DNA from: Eledone cirrhosa
Lineage: Eukaryota
DNA: 64,000 nt
Direction: 5' to 3'
NCBI GenBank assembly: GCA_964016885.1
Contig: OZ024743.1
Location: 109,740,001-109,804,000 of the forward strand
Part shown: piece after piece, positions 10,366 through 28,123 of the stretch
Position numbering within the stretch: the stretch's first letter is position 1
How the letters are laid out: every line of letters starts with the position of its first letter
Position numbers and translations under genes: made by a program
The notes under the pieces: generated by a model
What the model was told of the DNA's origin: nothing
Seen by the model: the letters and a program-made list of their open reading frames with translations, nothing else
The model's database searches: none

Positions 10366-12170
10366 ATATATATATATGGATGTGAACGATATAACCTCTA
10401 TATTTGCGTTCAATTACCTATAAATTTCAGAGTTACCGCGCCGAATTAATATTCAAAGCTGAATTAAGCACGTTGGATAATACTTTCCAACTAACTTTTT
10501 TTTATCAATGCAGGTCGCGTGAATTCCGAATTGCATCCAAGTGAAGAATTTATGGTCTAACAATACATATATATATAAGAAGAAATATCATAGATGAATT
10601 AAACAAACTGCTCATATTTTTGTTTACATAGCTTTCCATTAATACATTATATATTCAAATAAGTTTTTCAATATTCTCAAATATACGTTCAACATAAATA
10701 TCCATATTTAAAAATCTCATTTTTAAACCAACTCAAGAAAGTGAATGCATTAACTTGAAGAATTAATCATCTTCCTTCCTTCCGAAAAACACATTGTGAA
10801 CATGAATAAAGAAACAAGTTATAAATATATTATTTCAATTTTACAAGAGGCAAATTACATAGAATCAGATATAATCCTCCATTAATGTCGATGCATATTA
10901 ATCTCAAATTGAAGCAATTTATATTCTGTTACAATGTCAATGTTCTGCGGAAAAGCAACGGGCATAAACGTTTCTCATTTCTCATCAAGAAACTTAATGA
11001 CAAGCAATTAGAAACTAATATTTCAGTTTTTAATACTTTTTCATTTCAGTAGCGTGACTCGGTATAAATGTAAGACATGTTAAATTCTCTATATAGCAAT
11101 ATATTTCATACAATTTTGAATGACTTATTTCGATAACTTGCGTTACTGATTGACTTACTGAAATATATATTTTTTGTGTGTCCTATAAAAAATTATATAT
11201 CGCCGAAGAGAACGAGAGCAGATGTACAATTGTAATTCGAGGGACACGGTAATGTAAAAATAGTAACATAACAGCGACTCTCCAAATAGTGAAGAAGAAT
11301 TAGACTTGACATTTAGCTAAACAAAACAACAAGAGTATCCACTCAGAATTAATATATTTTATGTAAATACAATATACAAATACAATATGCTAATGTTAAT
11401 TAAATCGTGTACACCCCGAAAGCATACTTTTGTAGACTTATGCTAATTTGAAGCATTATCATATATTTTACATTCACTATAGCTATTACTACAAAAATCC
11501 TTCCGGCGTTTAAATACTTATATATTTTCACATCGGATTCTGTTCTACGGGGAAAGGCTTGCTTACCAAATGTACATTTCATTCACGAAAAGGGGAATAA
11601 AGAAGTATTATCCATATATTCGAGAACCGGTGACATGTTTGCATTTTTGAAATTGTTGATAAATATGGATATAAAAAAAATGTAATAATAATAAAATACA
11701 TAAGCGACAAGGAAATATCTGGCATACGGTGAGGAATGCTATTTCAATTATCCCGATGTTTACTGAAGGTAAGTCCAGTTAGATCATCTAAATAAAGGAT
11801 AGTGCGTCAAAAACTTATAGCTAACGTGTTAATCATTGAATAAAACTGTCAGTTCCAGTTATGGAATAGATTAAGTTATTTTTTTCTGAAAATTGAACGA
11901 AAATACACAGCTCACAATAAATCAAGCAGCACTAAATCTTAACTACCAAATTTTACATTCTCAACCTGGATTTTATACTGAATGTTGACATAAAATCTTA
12001 AATTGTTTGTCCGTATCTGGTTTTAGGCTCCAAGAAACAATAGTTGAAATTCCAATTCCATGTTTCAACTTAATTGTTCCCAATTACTAATGTATATGCG
12101 TACACACCTACACACATGTGTGTACACACCATGTGTACACACCATGTGTACACACCTACACACATGAGTG

Positions 12171-16258
<4,088 letters not shown>

Positions 16259-16273
16259 ATGTATCTATATATC

Positions 16274-16365
<92 letters not shown>

Positions 16366-16770
16366 TAGCCACACGAACCTGTAACAGATCTTGAACAAGC
16401 AAGACATGTGCTTTGAAGGTCTTTTTAAGTAGGGAAAGGCCTTGCACTCGACCAATCCCACTCTCTGAGCATCGGAAACACTATCCGAAAGTGATAACTG
16501 GTCAACATCATCAGATGCTTCCGAAACCACAGATTTTTTGTCAGACCTTCCCTTCTCTTAGAAAGGTTTTTATGACAACAATTGGGGGCCTTTCACTCCC
16601 AGGTGGAAAAAAATAAGTTCTATTTGCATTGCCGTTAACTCTGCTGAGTTCCTCCCTCATTTGCTTCCGGGTCTTGTATTTCATCTTGCAGGATGTCCAA
16701 ATATCACCGTCCTCACCAAGCAAGCTTGGTGGGGTTGCTGGGTTACATGTTACCAGTAGCACACGAGAGT

Positions 16771-16820
<50 letters not shown>

Positions 16821-17233
16821 ATCGAAAATGCAAATGGAGTCTTTTTTTCATACAAATATATATTTATCTGGTTCCTTTACCGCTTTCACAGTTCTTCTGC
16901 TTTTCAAAAGTAGTATTGAGATGGAGAGTTTGTGGTTTTTCTCACATCTGGTTGCTGTTTGAATGTTACTTCTGTTTTGTATGGAAAAAAGTGGCTCGAA
17001 ATGCTAGGTTTTTAGAGAAGAAATTTAGTTGGTGGTTGGTGAATAATTATAATAAATTGCTCGCCTGTTCGCGTTATATTAACCTTCAAGTAAAAAAAGG
17101 CGGGCGGGGAGTGAAGTTTGGTTGGTTGATGCAGTCACGTGAATAAGCACATCAGCTTTCCCGACAGTTTTTGTTTGAATTTCTTTTTACTTAAAAAAGG
17201 GTGGCTCACGAAGGCTTTTTTTTTTATAAATGC

Positions 17234-18408
17234 GATGGGTACAAAAGTCGCTCCAACTTATGCCAACTCATTCATGGCATACTTGGAAGTCCAGATATAT
17301 GAACAGTCCAAATCAAAATACGAATTGAACTTCCCCAAATATTTATCAGAGATTTGGAAACGCTACTTTATGATTGTCTCATTCTTTGGTCTCACACACA
17401 CGATTAACTAAATGATATCAAACATTTAATTAACGGCATCAATAACCACACCCAATTCTCAATGGAATATAACGAAAATCAACTCCTCTTTCTGGACATC
17501 TTAATCATAAAAAAGTCACAAATATTGAAAGTGACATACACAACAAACCAACAGATTCCAAACAATACCTGCTATTCACCTCCAACCATCCAAAGCACAC
17601 GAAGATAAACATCACTTTTAATCTAGCAAGAAGAATTTGCACAATTGTCTCCAATTATGAAACGCGAATAATAGACTTCAAGAATTAAAGAAAATTCTAC
17701 TCGAAAGACAGTACCCACCATTACTAATAAATAAGGGAATAGAAAGGGCTAAAGTATTAGGCATTGACGAATTACGAAAACAGAAACAAATTCAAGGTAC
17801 GTCCAATATTCTATCATATGTCTCAACACAACCCAGGAAATGCGGAAGCTTACAACACTATTCACAACATCCCACTATTGAAACAAGACCTAAGAATGAA
17901 AAAAGCCCTTGAAGCACACACAATAATCAAAAGCAAAAGACAACCAAAATCACTGAAAACATTACTCACCAATGCCAAATTACCTACCACAAACAAACAA
18001 CCAACTGTCAAAAAATGTGGTCGCTCCAATTGTGGAATCTGCACTCACCTCATTGAAGGTAACACGTATACATTTGAATCAGGACAAAATTTTGCTGTAA
18101 AAAATCACTTCACTTGCTCATCAAAAAATCTAGTTCATGCCATTAGATGTAAAGGATGCAATGAAGATTATATAGGACAAACTAACCTCACACTCAGAAA
18201 CAGAATGACAGTTCATCGCCAACAATTACGAGATCCGACCACTAGACAGTTACCACTAAGTGCACAACTAGACATATGCGCAAGTAATAAGACACCCAAA
18301 TTCCAAGTCTTCCCATATTATGTTTTCGCTGACAATACATCAGAACAAATACGAATAAATTAGGAAAATATGTTTATTAAAAAATATAGACCAGCATTAA
18401 ATATAGTT
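17234..18408 (+). pseudogene. PLE RT C-terminal half + GIY-YIG endonuclease, frameshifted
   Basis: ORFs 17139-17411 and 17764-18363; homologous to 50595-51894. Confidence 0.88.
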
Positions 18409-18781
18409 TAATATACATTATGTCAACACCATAACGTGCTAACCATCCAAACAGACACATACACACACACATAACACCTATTTTAGAAAATAAATACCAG
18501 AACTAAATAAACCTTAACATACGTTAATACTTTAACATCTTAGCATGCTAACCCCCTCCCCCCACACACACACTAAACACACAAAACACATAAGCCATTC
18601 CCCCATTTCTACTAACGGAGTCATTTTCCTACACACACACACACACACACAAAATATATATATTCTCTCCATGTTAACCATACTCCCACGCACATACACA
18701 CACACACACATATAACACCCATACTCATAAACACACAACTCCCTCCTCCATTTCTACTAATAGAATCATCTTCCTATACAC

Positions 18782-19338
18782 CATTGGTTCCGAACCAGGG
18801 GGCCATGGCCCACCAGTGGGCCATAGCAATGTATTTGGGGAGACACAAAGTTTCATACATAAAAAAGAAGAGTAGTTTCCTAACATATTTTTTTCTTTTT
18901 CTTGCTTCACATTTTTATATTCAACTTTTTATCAACTTTCTACCTTTTCTAATTATAATTTTCCTTCACCTGATAACTATTTAAATCTGGATATAACAAT
19001 TTATGTTTTAGTAAATAAACTTAGTAAAGAAACTTATTTTTATAACAGCATATATGTTATTTATTTTAGTAAATTTCTCATTTAAAACTGGATATAGAAA
19101 ACAAATAATTACAGAAATCTCATTAATTTGTTCTTTGAAATTAAATAATATACTCTTATTTTAATGTTTTTTGTTGAAAAAGGGTTTATAATGAATTTAA
19201 AATGATTTGATTGAAATAAAAATAAATGCCGAAAAAGTTATATCAAAAATTTTAATTTTTTTTTTTTTGGGGGGGGGGGGCATACTGTTTTGCTATATCA
19301 TTAAGGTGGAATTTATTATAAAAGGTTGGGAACCGCTG
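18782..19338. mobile_element. hAT-type MITE inserted in the PLE 3' region
   Basis: TIRs CATTGGTTCCGAACC / GGTTGGGAACCGCTG; perfect 8-bp TSD CTATACAC at 18774-18781 and 19339-19346. Confidence 0.88.
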
Positions 19339-19346
19339 CTATACAC

Positions 19347-19410
<64 letters not shown>

Positions 19411-20143
19411 GCACACCAGCACACGAATAAACATACATATCTCTACTTTCTTTATTTCAATAGAAAGTCTGAATTTTGATACCCACCACACCAGCCATAT
19501 TCACTGAACCAGAACAATTCTCCTCATCCCGTTTTTCTCGTATATTATCTTTTGTTTGGCACACAATTCTCTAAAAGGTTATAAAACAAATTCCAAAATA
19601 CGGGCGTGAAATTTAATGTACTTGTTCACGTAACAGTCATAATTACATTTATAACCAATCAAATTACATTTATATAAAAAAGACTTCGTGAGCCACCTTT
19701 TTTAAGTAAAAATAAATTCAAACACAAAGCATATACAAACATAAATTCAAACACTGGCGCGAAAGGTGATGTGCTTATTCACGTGACTGCATCAACCAAC
19801 CAAACTTCACTCATATATGAAAAAACAACCTGAGCTGCTGCCGCCCTTTTTTGAAGGCAAATATAATACGAACTTTGTAACGCGAACATGCGCGAAATGT
19901 ATTATACTTATTCAACAACCAACCAAATTACTTCTCTAAAAACCTAGCATTTCGAGCCACTTTTTTCCATACAAAACAGAAGCAACATTCAAGCACCAAC
20001 CAGATGTAAGAAAAATCACAAAACCTCCATCCCAATTCTACTTTTGAAATGCAAAGAACTACGAAAACGGTAAAGGAACCAAATAATTTTTTTTTTTTTT
20101 TATGAAAAAAGACTCCAGTTCCATTTTCGATTTCATGTTTTTT

Positions 20144-20190
<47 letters not shown>

Positions 20191-20821
20191 ATCGAAAATG
20201 CAAATGGAGTCTTTTTTTCATACAAATATATATTTATCTGGTTCCTTTAGCGGTTTCGCAGTTCTTCTGCTTTTTAAAAGTAGAATTGAGATGTAGGGCT
20301 TGTGGTTTTTCTCACATCTGGTTGGTGTTTGAATGTTACTAATGTTTTATATGGAAAAAAGTTGCTCGAAATGCTAGGTTTTTAGAGAAGTAATTTTGTT
20401 GGTTGGTGAATAAGTATAAATTTCGTGCCAGTTTGCGTTAAAAAGTTCTTTTAAATGTATGGCTATCATGCTTTTCAATAAAAAACCGACGTTCTTATCA
20501 ACAATTATACAAATTTAAAATATCTAAAGGAAAGAGAAAAAAGGCATAAGCTATTTGAGGAACACACACTATTTTGTTCACACATATAGTATGATCCAAA
20601 GAATGAATCAAAACATTCGATTATCAACCTAGATTTTGGTAAAGCAACCAAGTCAATTTCTACTCAGTTGTGTGGATAGTTTTAATATCTCTCTCACATT
20701 GTACATAACATTATGTATTAGTTTAGAGGAGGGATATAACATCCCCACATGTTGAAAATATAAACGTTTGACAGCAACTGTAAATCTAATTAGAACAGAG
20801 CTTTATAGTCCTCTGCTGTTT

Positions 20822-20882
<61 letters not shown>

Positions 20883-20887
20883 TTCTT

Positions 20888-20952
<65 letters not shown>

Positions 20953-20991
20953 TTATATGCAGACACAGACACACACACACACACATATATG

Positions 20992-21030
<39 letters not shown>

Positions 21031-21307
21031 GAAAAATATGAAAACATGGCGTGCTGCGTGGTTGCAAATAGGTTACATATGGATAAATTTAGTCCTTCAT
21101 CAGTGATCTTCCAGCCTTCTTTGATATTTTATCGCTTTAAAACCATATACCTCTGGTTGATTCAAGCAACGGCTAAAGAATGTCGTTGGGACACATAAAT
21201 ACGGGGAACGAGCGAGACAGTAAACAAACAAAGATGGTAATGCAACGAAAAGTGAGGAAGAGCGTAAAAGCTGTGGTATTCTGCGTAAACATTTAATCTA
21301 TACTTAT

Positions 21308-21630
21308 AATTGTTTCTACTGTTGGCACAAGGCCAGCAATTTCCCAGTTCATTACTGGTACTTTATTTTATCGCCCCCGTAAGGATGAAAGGGAAAGTTA
21401 ACCCCGACGGGATTTGAACTCAGACTGTAAAGGGACGTAACTATGCTGGAAACCATGGCGTCCGACCATCTACATAAGACCACCAATTACACTAGTGCTT
21501 TATTTTATCCAGCCTGTAATGTTGAAAGGTAAAGCTAACCTCGTCGGGATTTGAACTCAGAACATAGAGAGCTATCACTCTATGCTGCAAAGCATGGTGT
21601 CTGACACTCTACTGATACTGCCAAACCACT
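21308..21630 (-). mobile_element. Two tandem tRNA-derived SINE copies
   Basis: Reverse complement of the 45394 SINE (B box GAGTTCAAATCC; GCCTTTCATCCTTACGGGG domain). Confidence 0.8.
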
Positions 21631-21681
21631 ACACTCTACTAATCATCTGTACTAACAATATTTTCTCTACCGGTTTATATA

Positions 21682-21761
<80 letters not shown>

Positions 21762-22121
21762 CGTGTGTGTGTGTGTGTGTGTACAACCCTTATCGCGCCT
21801 TTTTAGATCTTGGTCTTTCTAGTTATTACTACTATATATATATATATAGAGAGAGTTATATATGGCTAAACTTTTAAGCATGGAACTTCTGGTGTCCTTT
21901 AGTTGAACTCACTTAGACAATATTCATTCCATGCAAGTAATTTTCTAGGTCATATCTCTTAATGAAATTGAGTTTGGCAGATTGTATTTGTTTGTTAAAA
22001 AAAATGTGAAATCCTCTCTTCCAAGTTTTGTAATGTTTATGTTTATGTTTTTTTCTCGTTTATTTAATTATTACTATTAAGAACTTTTCATGTGAATGAA
22101 TATATATATGTATTATACGCA

Positions 22122-22166
<45 letters not shown>

Positions 22167-22354
22167 TAACGGTTAGTACGAACTATACGAGGATATTTTA
22201 CGTCTTGAAGTGGTAGCTAAGTATATGTTATGTTTATGCCATTACTTATTTGTATAGGGAACGTTTCCACGAACCAACGTATCGTCTTCCTGTCTTCCTC
22301 CGGTCGCAACGTTTTTTGAAATATTTACTTTTGCGTTCACAAATTGACTTTTTT

Positions 22355-22405
22355 AGTTTCAGAAGATCCCGTTAAGTGTGAAAGCAGCGATTCTATGCTT
22401 AAACT
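22355..22405 (+). ncRNA. Variant type I HHR in pLTR (core CAGAAGA)
   Basis: AGTTT-CAGAAGA-TCCC gttaa G(T/G)GT-GAAA-GCA..TGC-TT^AAACT; copies at 24956-25006 (+) and 10046-10095 (-). Confidence 0.55.
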
Positions 22406-22558
22406 TTAATCTGTTATTTTAATAAATATTTGTTCTACGGTTCTTATATATTTGATATATATTTATCCTTATCGCGCCCTCTTTGTGTTTTAGTCTTCAA
22501 ATTTATTATTATATCTATTTGGCTCCTTCGGTCGAGGACTCTATTGACTTATATCATC

Positions 22559-24778
22559 ATGCAGAAACACAATCTGAATATTTCTACAAAGAACATACCC
22601 GTACCAAGCAAGAAAACCTACCTAAAACTCCTGATACAGAAAACAGACTCGTTCATTAAAAGGTTGCGTTGGCGTGCCATTTATTTCGATAATCAGGGAA
22701 AAGCAGACATCAAACAGGATGAACTTTGGTTTAAAATCAGTAACTACCCTCCGAGTAACCCAGCATTGCTCCCCTTCGAAAATGACTTGGAACTGATACA
22801 GAGTGTCGAATTTCGGAATAGGAGCAATTCCTTCCTGCAGGACCTGGAGAATAGAATTCGGTCTATTAAGGAGTCTAATGCCGTGCACGTCCACTCCGAC
22901 AAAACTGGCAAACTATATGAAGTGGAGCGCAGTACTTACCATCAACTGCTACATAATGCTGTAACAAAGGATTACCGTAAAACTAATCGGAGCTCAAGGG
23001 CGGTGGATTGGCAGTATCGGTAGAGGGTCGGACGCCATGCTTTCCAGCATAGTTACGTCCCTTTACGATCTGAGTTCAAATCCCGCCGAGGTTGACTTTG
23101 CCTTTCATCCTTACGGGGTCGATAAAATAAAGTACCTATAATGCACTGGCTAATTGCTGGCCTTGTGCCTAAAGTAGAAACAATTAATGATATCAACGAT
23201 GCTGGGTTTAAAATCACCTCTGATCTCAACATCCTGGACCGGTCTGAACCTCCGGACCCTATTTCTCCCCACTTTACACTGAAAGATTACAAATCCAATT
23301 TCCCTAACAACCCTCTATTCGGCTTATTAATCCTACGAAGTCCGATTTAGGTAGACTTAGTAAAGGGATTTTAGATAGAATTATACCTGAAATTAGAAAT
23401 TTGGCACCTCTTGCACTGTGGACCAATTCTTCCGCGGTGATCGATTGGTTCAACGGCATATGCAACAAGGAACATTGCTGTTTTATCCAATTCGACAACA
23501 ATAATTACTACTCCTCCATCACTTTACCACTTCTCCTTAGAGCTATCAATTTCGCTAAATCCCTCACAGTGGTTAAAGATTTCGAAGTTGTTGTCATCCT
23601 CAATGCCCGTAAGTCGGTGATTAATTTCGTCGACTATATTTGGATTACAAAATACAATAGTACCCAATTCGACGTGAGTATGGGCGCCAGCGATTCTGCG
23701 GAGGTTACTGATCTTATCGGCCTTTTCCTTCTTTTCTCTATCAAGGAAGAATTCCCCAACGGGGGCGGTGGTTTGTACCGTGATGACGGTCTTTTGACCA
23801 TGACAAAGTGCGGCTCACGTGCTTGCGACAGTTTCAGAAAAGAACTCACAGCCTTCTTTAGAGGCTTCAAACATTCTGAATGATACGCTTAATTACATCA
23901 GTAAGCATTCTAACCATCCTGTCAGCATAACCAAGAACCTGGTAAGAAAGGTTTCTTTGAGGCTTTCCCCTCTATCTACTAACGAGCATATTTTCAACGA
24001 CCATTCCACATATTACAATGAAGCTCTTGCTGGGAGTGGATTTGTCGATAAGGGAGCATACACAGAGTACGAGAATAGGCCTATGAAAAATAGACGCGAC
24101 GCATTATATGGTATAACTAACCATATAATATGGAGGTGGCCATACCATTAGCTAAGACCTTTTTCTCCCTTATTATGAAGCATTTCCCCCCAGCACATAA
24201 ATATAGTAAACATTTTAATAGAAATAACATTAAAATGTCTTACTCTACGACTCTTAACTTTGCACATAACATCACAGCTTCAAATTTAGCTAAACTACCT
24301 ATCCGTAGGAACGCATGCAACCCTGTAGCTAGTACTAACTGTAATTGTAGGAATTGGGTTGACTGCCCTCTATCCGGGAATTGTATGTTTAGTAAAATTG
24401 TCTACAAATGTAAGGTTGAAACATCCACACACCGTAGGACCTACATAGGGTTAACCGCCAATAGATTCAAGCAGCATCTTTACATGCATACGCATTTTTT
24501 CTTAACCCTTTAAACAGGAATATGACGTCACTTTCAGTTTATATCTGGAGTCTAAAGACTACCACACCCAATGTAAGTTACACTTGGAGATCCTAAATAG
24601 GGCTAGATCGTATAACGGAAATAAAAGACCATGTGACCTCTGCGCCGCTGAGACCCTGGAAATACTCTACGCCAAAGACAACATCTTAAACAAAAAATCT
24701 GAGGCAATTTTGTCTTGTAAACATAAATTGCACAAAGCATTCCTGTATTACAGTCCCACATTACACCCTAACGGATAG
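22559..24778 (+). pseudogene. PLE RT-GIY-YIG ORF disrupted by a SINE insertion, frameshifts and an internal deletion near 23870
   Basis: Consecutive ORF fragments 22430-24778; paralog 36208-37452 has the segment missing here. Confidence 0.88.
22999..23185 (+). mobile_element. tRNA-derived SINE nested in the PLE ORF
   Basis: Near-identical to 45394-45580; A box TGGCAGTATCGG, B box GAGTTCAAATCC. Confidence 0.9.
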
Positions 24779-25014
24779 TACGAACTATACGCGGATAGTT
24801 TACGTCTTTAAGTGGTAGCTAAGTATTTGTTATGTTTATACCATTACTTATTTGTATAGGGAACGTTTCCACGAACCAAAGTATCGTCTGCCAGTCTTCC
24901 TTGGTTGCAACGTTTTTTGAAAGAATTACTTCTGCTTTTACAGATTGAATTTTTTAGTTTCAGAAGATCCCGTTAAGGGTGAAGGCAGCGATTCTTTGCT
25001 TAAATTTTAATCTG

Positions 25015-25083
<69 letters not shown>

Positions 25084-25127
25084 AATAATAGGAGGCTAGA
25101 CTGGTGTAAATCCTTGAACATTTTATT

Positions 25128-25185
25128 ATACTATGATCATTTCAATGACCGGGTTCAGTGTGAATCCGGTGACATCATCACGTAT
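25128..25185 (-). ncRNA. Degenerate type I HHR (C3G)
   Basis: Minus: ATAC-GTGATGA-TGtcACCGGaTTCA cac TGAAcCCGGTCAtt-GAAA-TGATCA-TA^GTAT. Confidence 0.6.
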
Positions 25186-25386
25186 TTCAAAATATAACAT
25201 AGGAATATAACAGATAAAATCCATGGGGCTGAAAATCAGAGAATATATATACATAAGCAAATGGATATTTAATTTGTTGGTAATTCAACAAATATATTTT
25301 TAACACATTCGAAGCACTTGACAGGTTTTCTGGAGTATAATATCAATGATATTAATAAATGGAAACTATATTTATAAAACCATGTT

Positions 25387-25447
25387 TATTGTATTATATA
25401 TATTTCATGGGTAACAATACTTTCGTACCCTCTCATCAGATAAAATA
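25387..25447 (-). ncRNA. Type I HHR (GAAATAT family)
   Basis: Minus: TATTTTAT-CTGATGA-gaGGGTA..TACCCat-GAAA-TATATA-TA^ATACAATA. Confidence 0.7.
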
Positions 25448-25539
25448 CAAAATGTATTTTATAAATAGTGACACACCTAGGAATCAGACCTTAACGGTTC
25501 AAGTTCCGGAACTTGAACCGGAACATTTATTATAATGTT

Positions 25540-25910
<371 letters not shown>

Positions 25911-26002
25911 GTATGTATGTAAAAGGTAAACAGAAATAACAACACAATTGGTTCAGTATATGGAAGGTATATATTAGGTTAACGCTTGATATAGCAGAAT
26001 TA

Positions 26003-26043
26003 GTGTGTTAACGTTTCGTACGCTAGTCCTTCATCAGAATAAA
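26003..26043 (-). ncRNA. Minimal HHR-like core
   Basis: Minus: TATT-CTGATGA-aGGAC tagc GTAC-GAAACGTT-AACAC; decayed paralog at about 34897-34931 (+). Confidence 0.5.
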
Positions 26044-26094
26044 TGATAAATAAAATATATTGAGGGAACAGGCGACGCACGCACGCACACACAC

Positions 26095-26174
<80 letters not shown>

Positions 26175-26300
26175 CCATATATATATTAATATATATATAT
26201 ACACATATATATATATATAAATATATATATGTATATATATATAGATATGATATATATATATATATATATATGTATATATTTATGATATATGTATATATAT

Positions 26301-26417
26301 ATAAGTTGAAATAAAATGAAAACGAAATTTCATTTCTCACTCTTAGTACGGCACTTACTTAAATGTAAGTATGAGTGTATACGTACATACATATATGTAT
26401 ACAGACGTACAGTAGCA

Positions 26418-26463
<46 letters not shown>

Positions 26464-26810
26464 TACATACAGGTACACATACATATATGCACGTATCAGT
26501 TTAGCGGACGCTTATTATAACGCCGCTTTGTTCATTTGTAAACAAACTGAACAGCCTGAATGTTATGCCGTACGGTGTTAAGGCAACCACGTCACCTTTT
26601 TGTTCAACACTGACACAGGAACGATGTACTAGTTTCAAGCTTGTTAGCTATCATCAGCACCGTATACCCATCTGCCAGATAGTTGAACGTTCGAAAGTAT
26701 ATACTTTCCTTATGAAAATTAACGGCTGAGCAGCCTAATTTGCATACCGAGTGAGTTATGTCGGTCAGGCATACCGAGACCGATAAGTTGAAATAAAATG
26801 AAAACGAAAT
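26301..26810 (-). mobile_element. Single 482-bp retrozyme-like monomer with 28-bp terminal redundancy
   Basis: ATAAGTTGAAATAAAATGAAAACGAAAT at 26301 and 26783; contains HHR and octamer; distantly related to the 466-bp repeat. Confidence 0.82.
26621..26663 (-). ncRNA. Minimal type I hammerhead ribozyme
   Basis: Minus: ACGGTG-CTGATGA-tAGCT aaca AGCTt-GAAA-CTAG-TA^CATCGT. Confidence 0.85.
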
Positions 26811-26881
26811 ATATATGCTATATATATGATATATCATATATGATATATATATGATATATAAATATATGATATATAAATATA

Positions 26882-26939
<58 letters not shown>

Positions 26940-27996
26940 GTTTACATATATATATATACATACACATACATATACGTGTTTTGCAACATATATTTTATCT
27001 GGTGATTCTATAGACATGTTTTATGATATATATATATATATATATATTAGAATTAGTATATTGGCTCTAATATAGATGTATACATACGTGCAAATGTATG
27101 TGAAATTCGTATAATATACCATATGTATACGAAAACATATTTGGCAGATTTAGCAATGACTGTTTAATGTTATGACTGAGGTCATCTACCTTCCTCCAAC
27201 AGAAGCAGGGAGAAGCAACCGACAGCGCAGTTTCTGGCCATTTTCCGTTTGCCTGCTGCTGCAACCCACCCTAGCCCCCCTTGCCACTCAAATAAGATAA
27301 ACATATATAGCTTTTCTGTTCATATATATGTGCTGATTAGCCGCATTTGCATATGGAAATTTAGGATTGCTCAGCTTGATTAAGAATTAGAATTACGTTT
27401 TCACTCCAATTGAAACTTCACACGCACGCACACACTGACAAGTACACACACACACACACGCGCATATGCACCCCCCACACACACATATATATGTATATAT
27501 ATATATACGTATGTATATATGTGTGTTTATTTGTGTAGATTTTACGAACCACTTACATCAATACCTACCATTCCCTATTCCACAATGCTTTATGCAACTT
27601 GTAACGCTATTCAGTAAGTGGGTTATTTACTGCAGGATATGTTGTATTACCGATACCTTGAATATTTCAATTAGTACAACAGTTTGTTATTCGAACTATT
27701 GAAGATACGGAATTTCAGGAAATTACAGTGTATTATACTGTGTTTATATTTCTCTCATCATATTAAAACACAATATGAGTGGGAACATTTGAAATTTAGA
27801 GTAAATGATGTTTGAAAAGCAAGAAAGCAAGATTTAAAGATTTATTCGATGAAGTGTCAACCGTAATGTTTATTCGCGTTTAAAGTACGTTAATATCGCC
27901 AGTGGGAAGTTGAAGGGTAAACATTAAACCTTGTCTTATTCTTCGTTCAGCACAAATACAACATTGCAGACATGGTTTTATTATGAGCAATATGCA

Positions 27997-28061
<65 letters not shown>

Positions 28062-28083
28062 TTGTGTGTGTCTGTGTGTGTGG

Positions 28084-28123
<40 letters not shown>

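Larger units (their letters stand above)
16812..20450 (+). mobile_element. 5'-truncated Penelope-like element (Neptune-type) with inverted terminal copies of its 3' end
   Basis: RT (AMGTKVAPTYAN, FLDI) and GIY-YIG (CGRSNCGIC, YIGQT..LRNRMTVH); 16812-17225 and 20182-20450 are inverted relative to 19680-20135. Confidence 0.88.
22166..25020 (+). mobile_element. Near full-length Penelope-like element (Naiad-like) flanked by direct pseudo-LTRs
   Basis: pLTR 22166-22420 = 24767-25020, starting in the last ORF codons; ORF motifs KNIPVPS..FIKRLRWRA, FDVSMGA, LYRDDGL, CNCR..CPLSGNC, YIGLT, CDLC. Confidence 0.92.

Noticed and set aside
16370-16772. Moderately GC-rich ~400-bp island between (TA)n tracts with short minus-strand ORFs
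   Set aside because: No recognisable motif or second copy in the window; cannot be assigned.
21085-21110. CTGATGA on the minus strand here and near 30298
   Set aside because: No GAAA after a stem II in either copy; not called as an HHR.
24330-24460. Selenocysteine-type Naiad PLE
   Set aside because: Conserved Cys positions (CNC..CPL..C, YKC) are TGT/TGC in both copies; no in-frame TGA.
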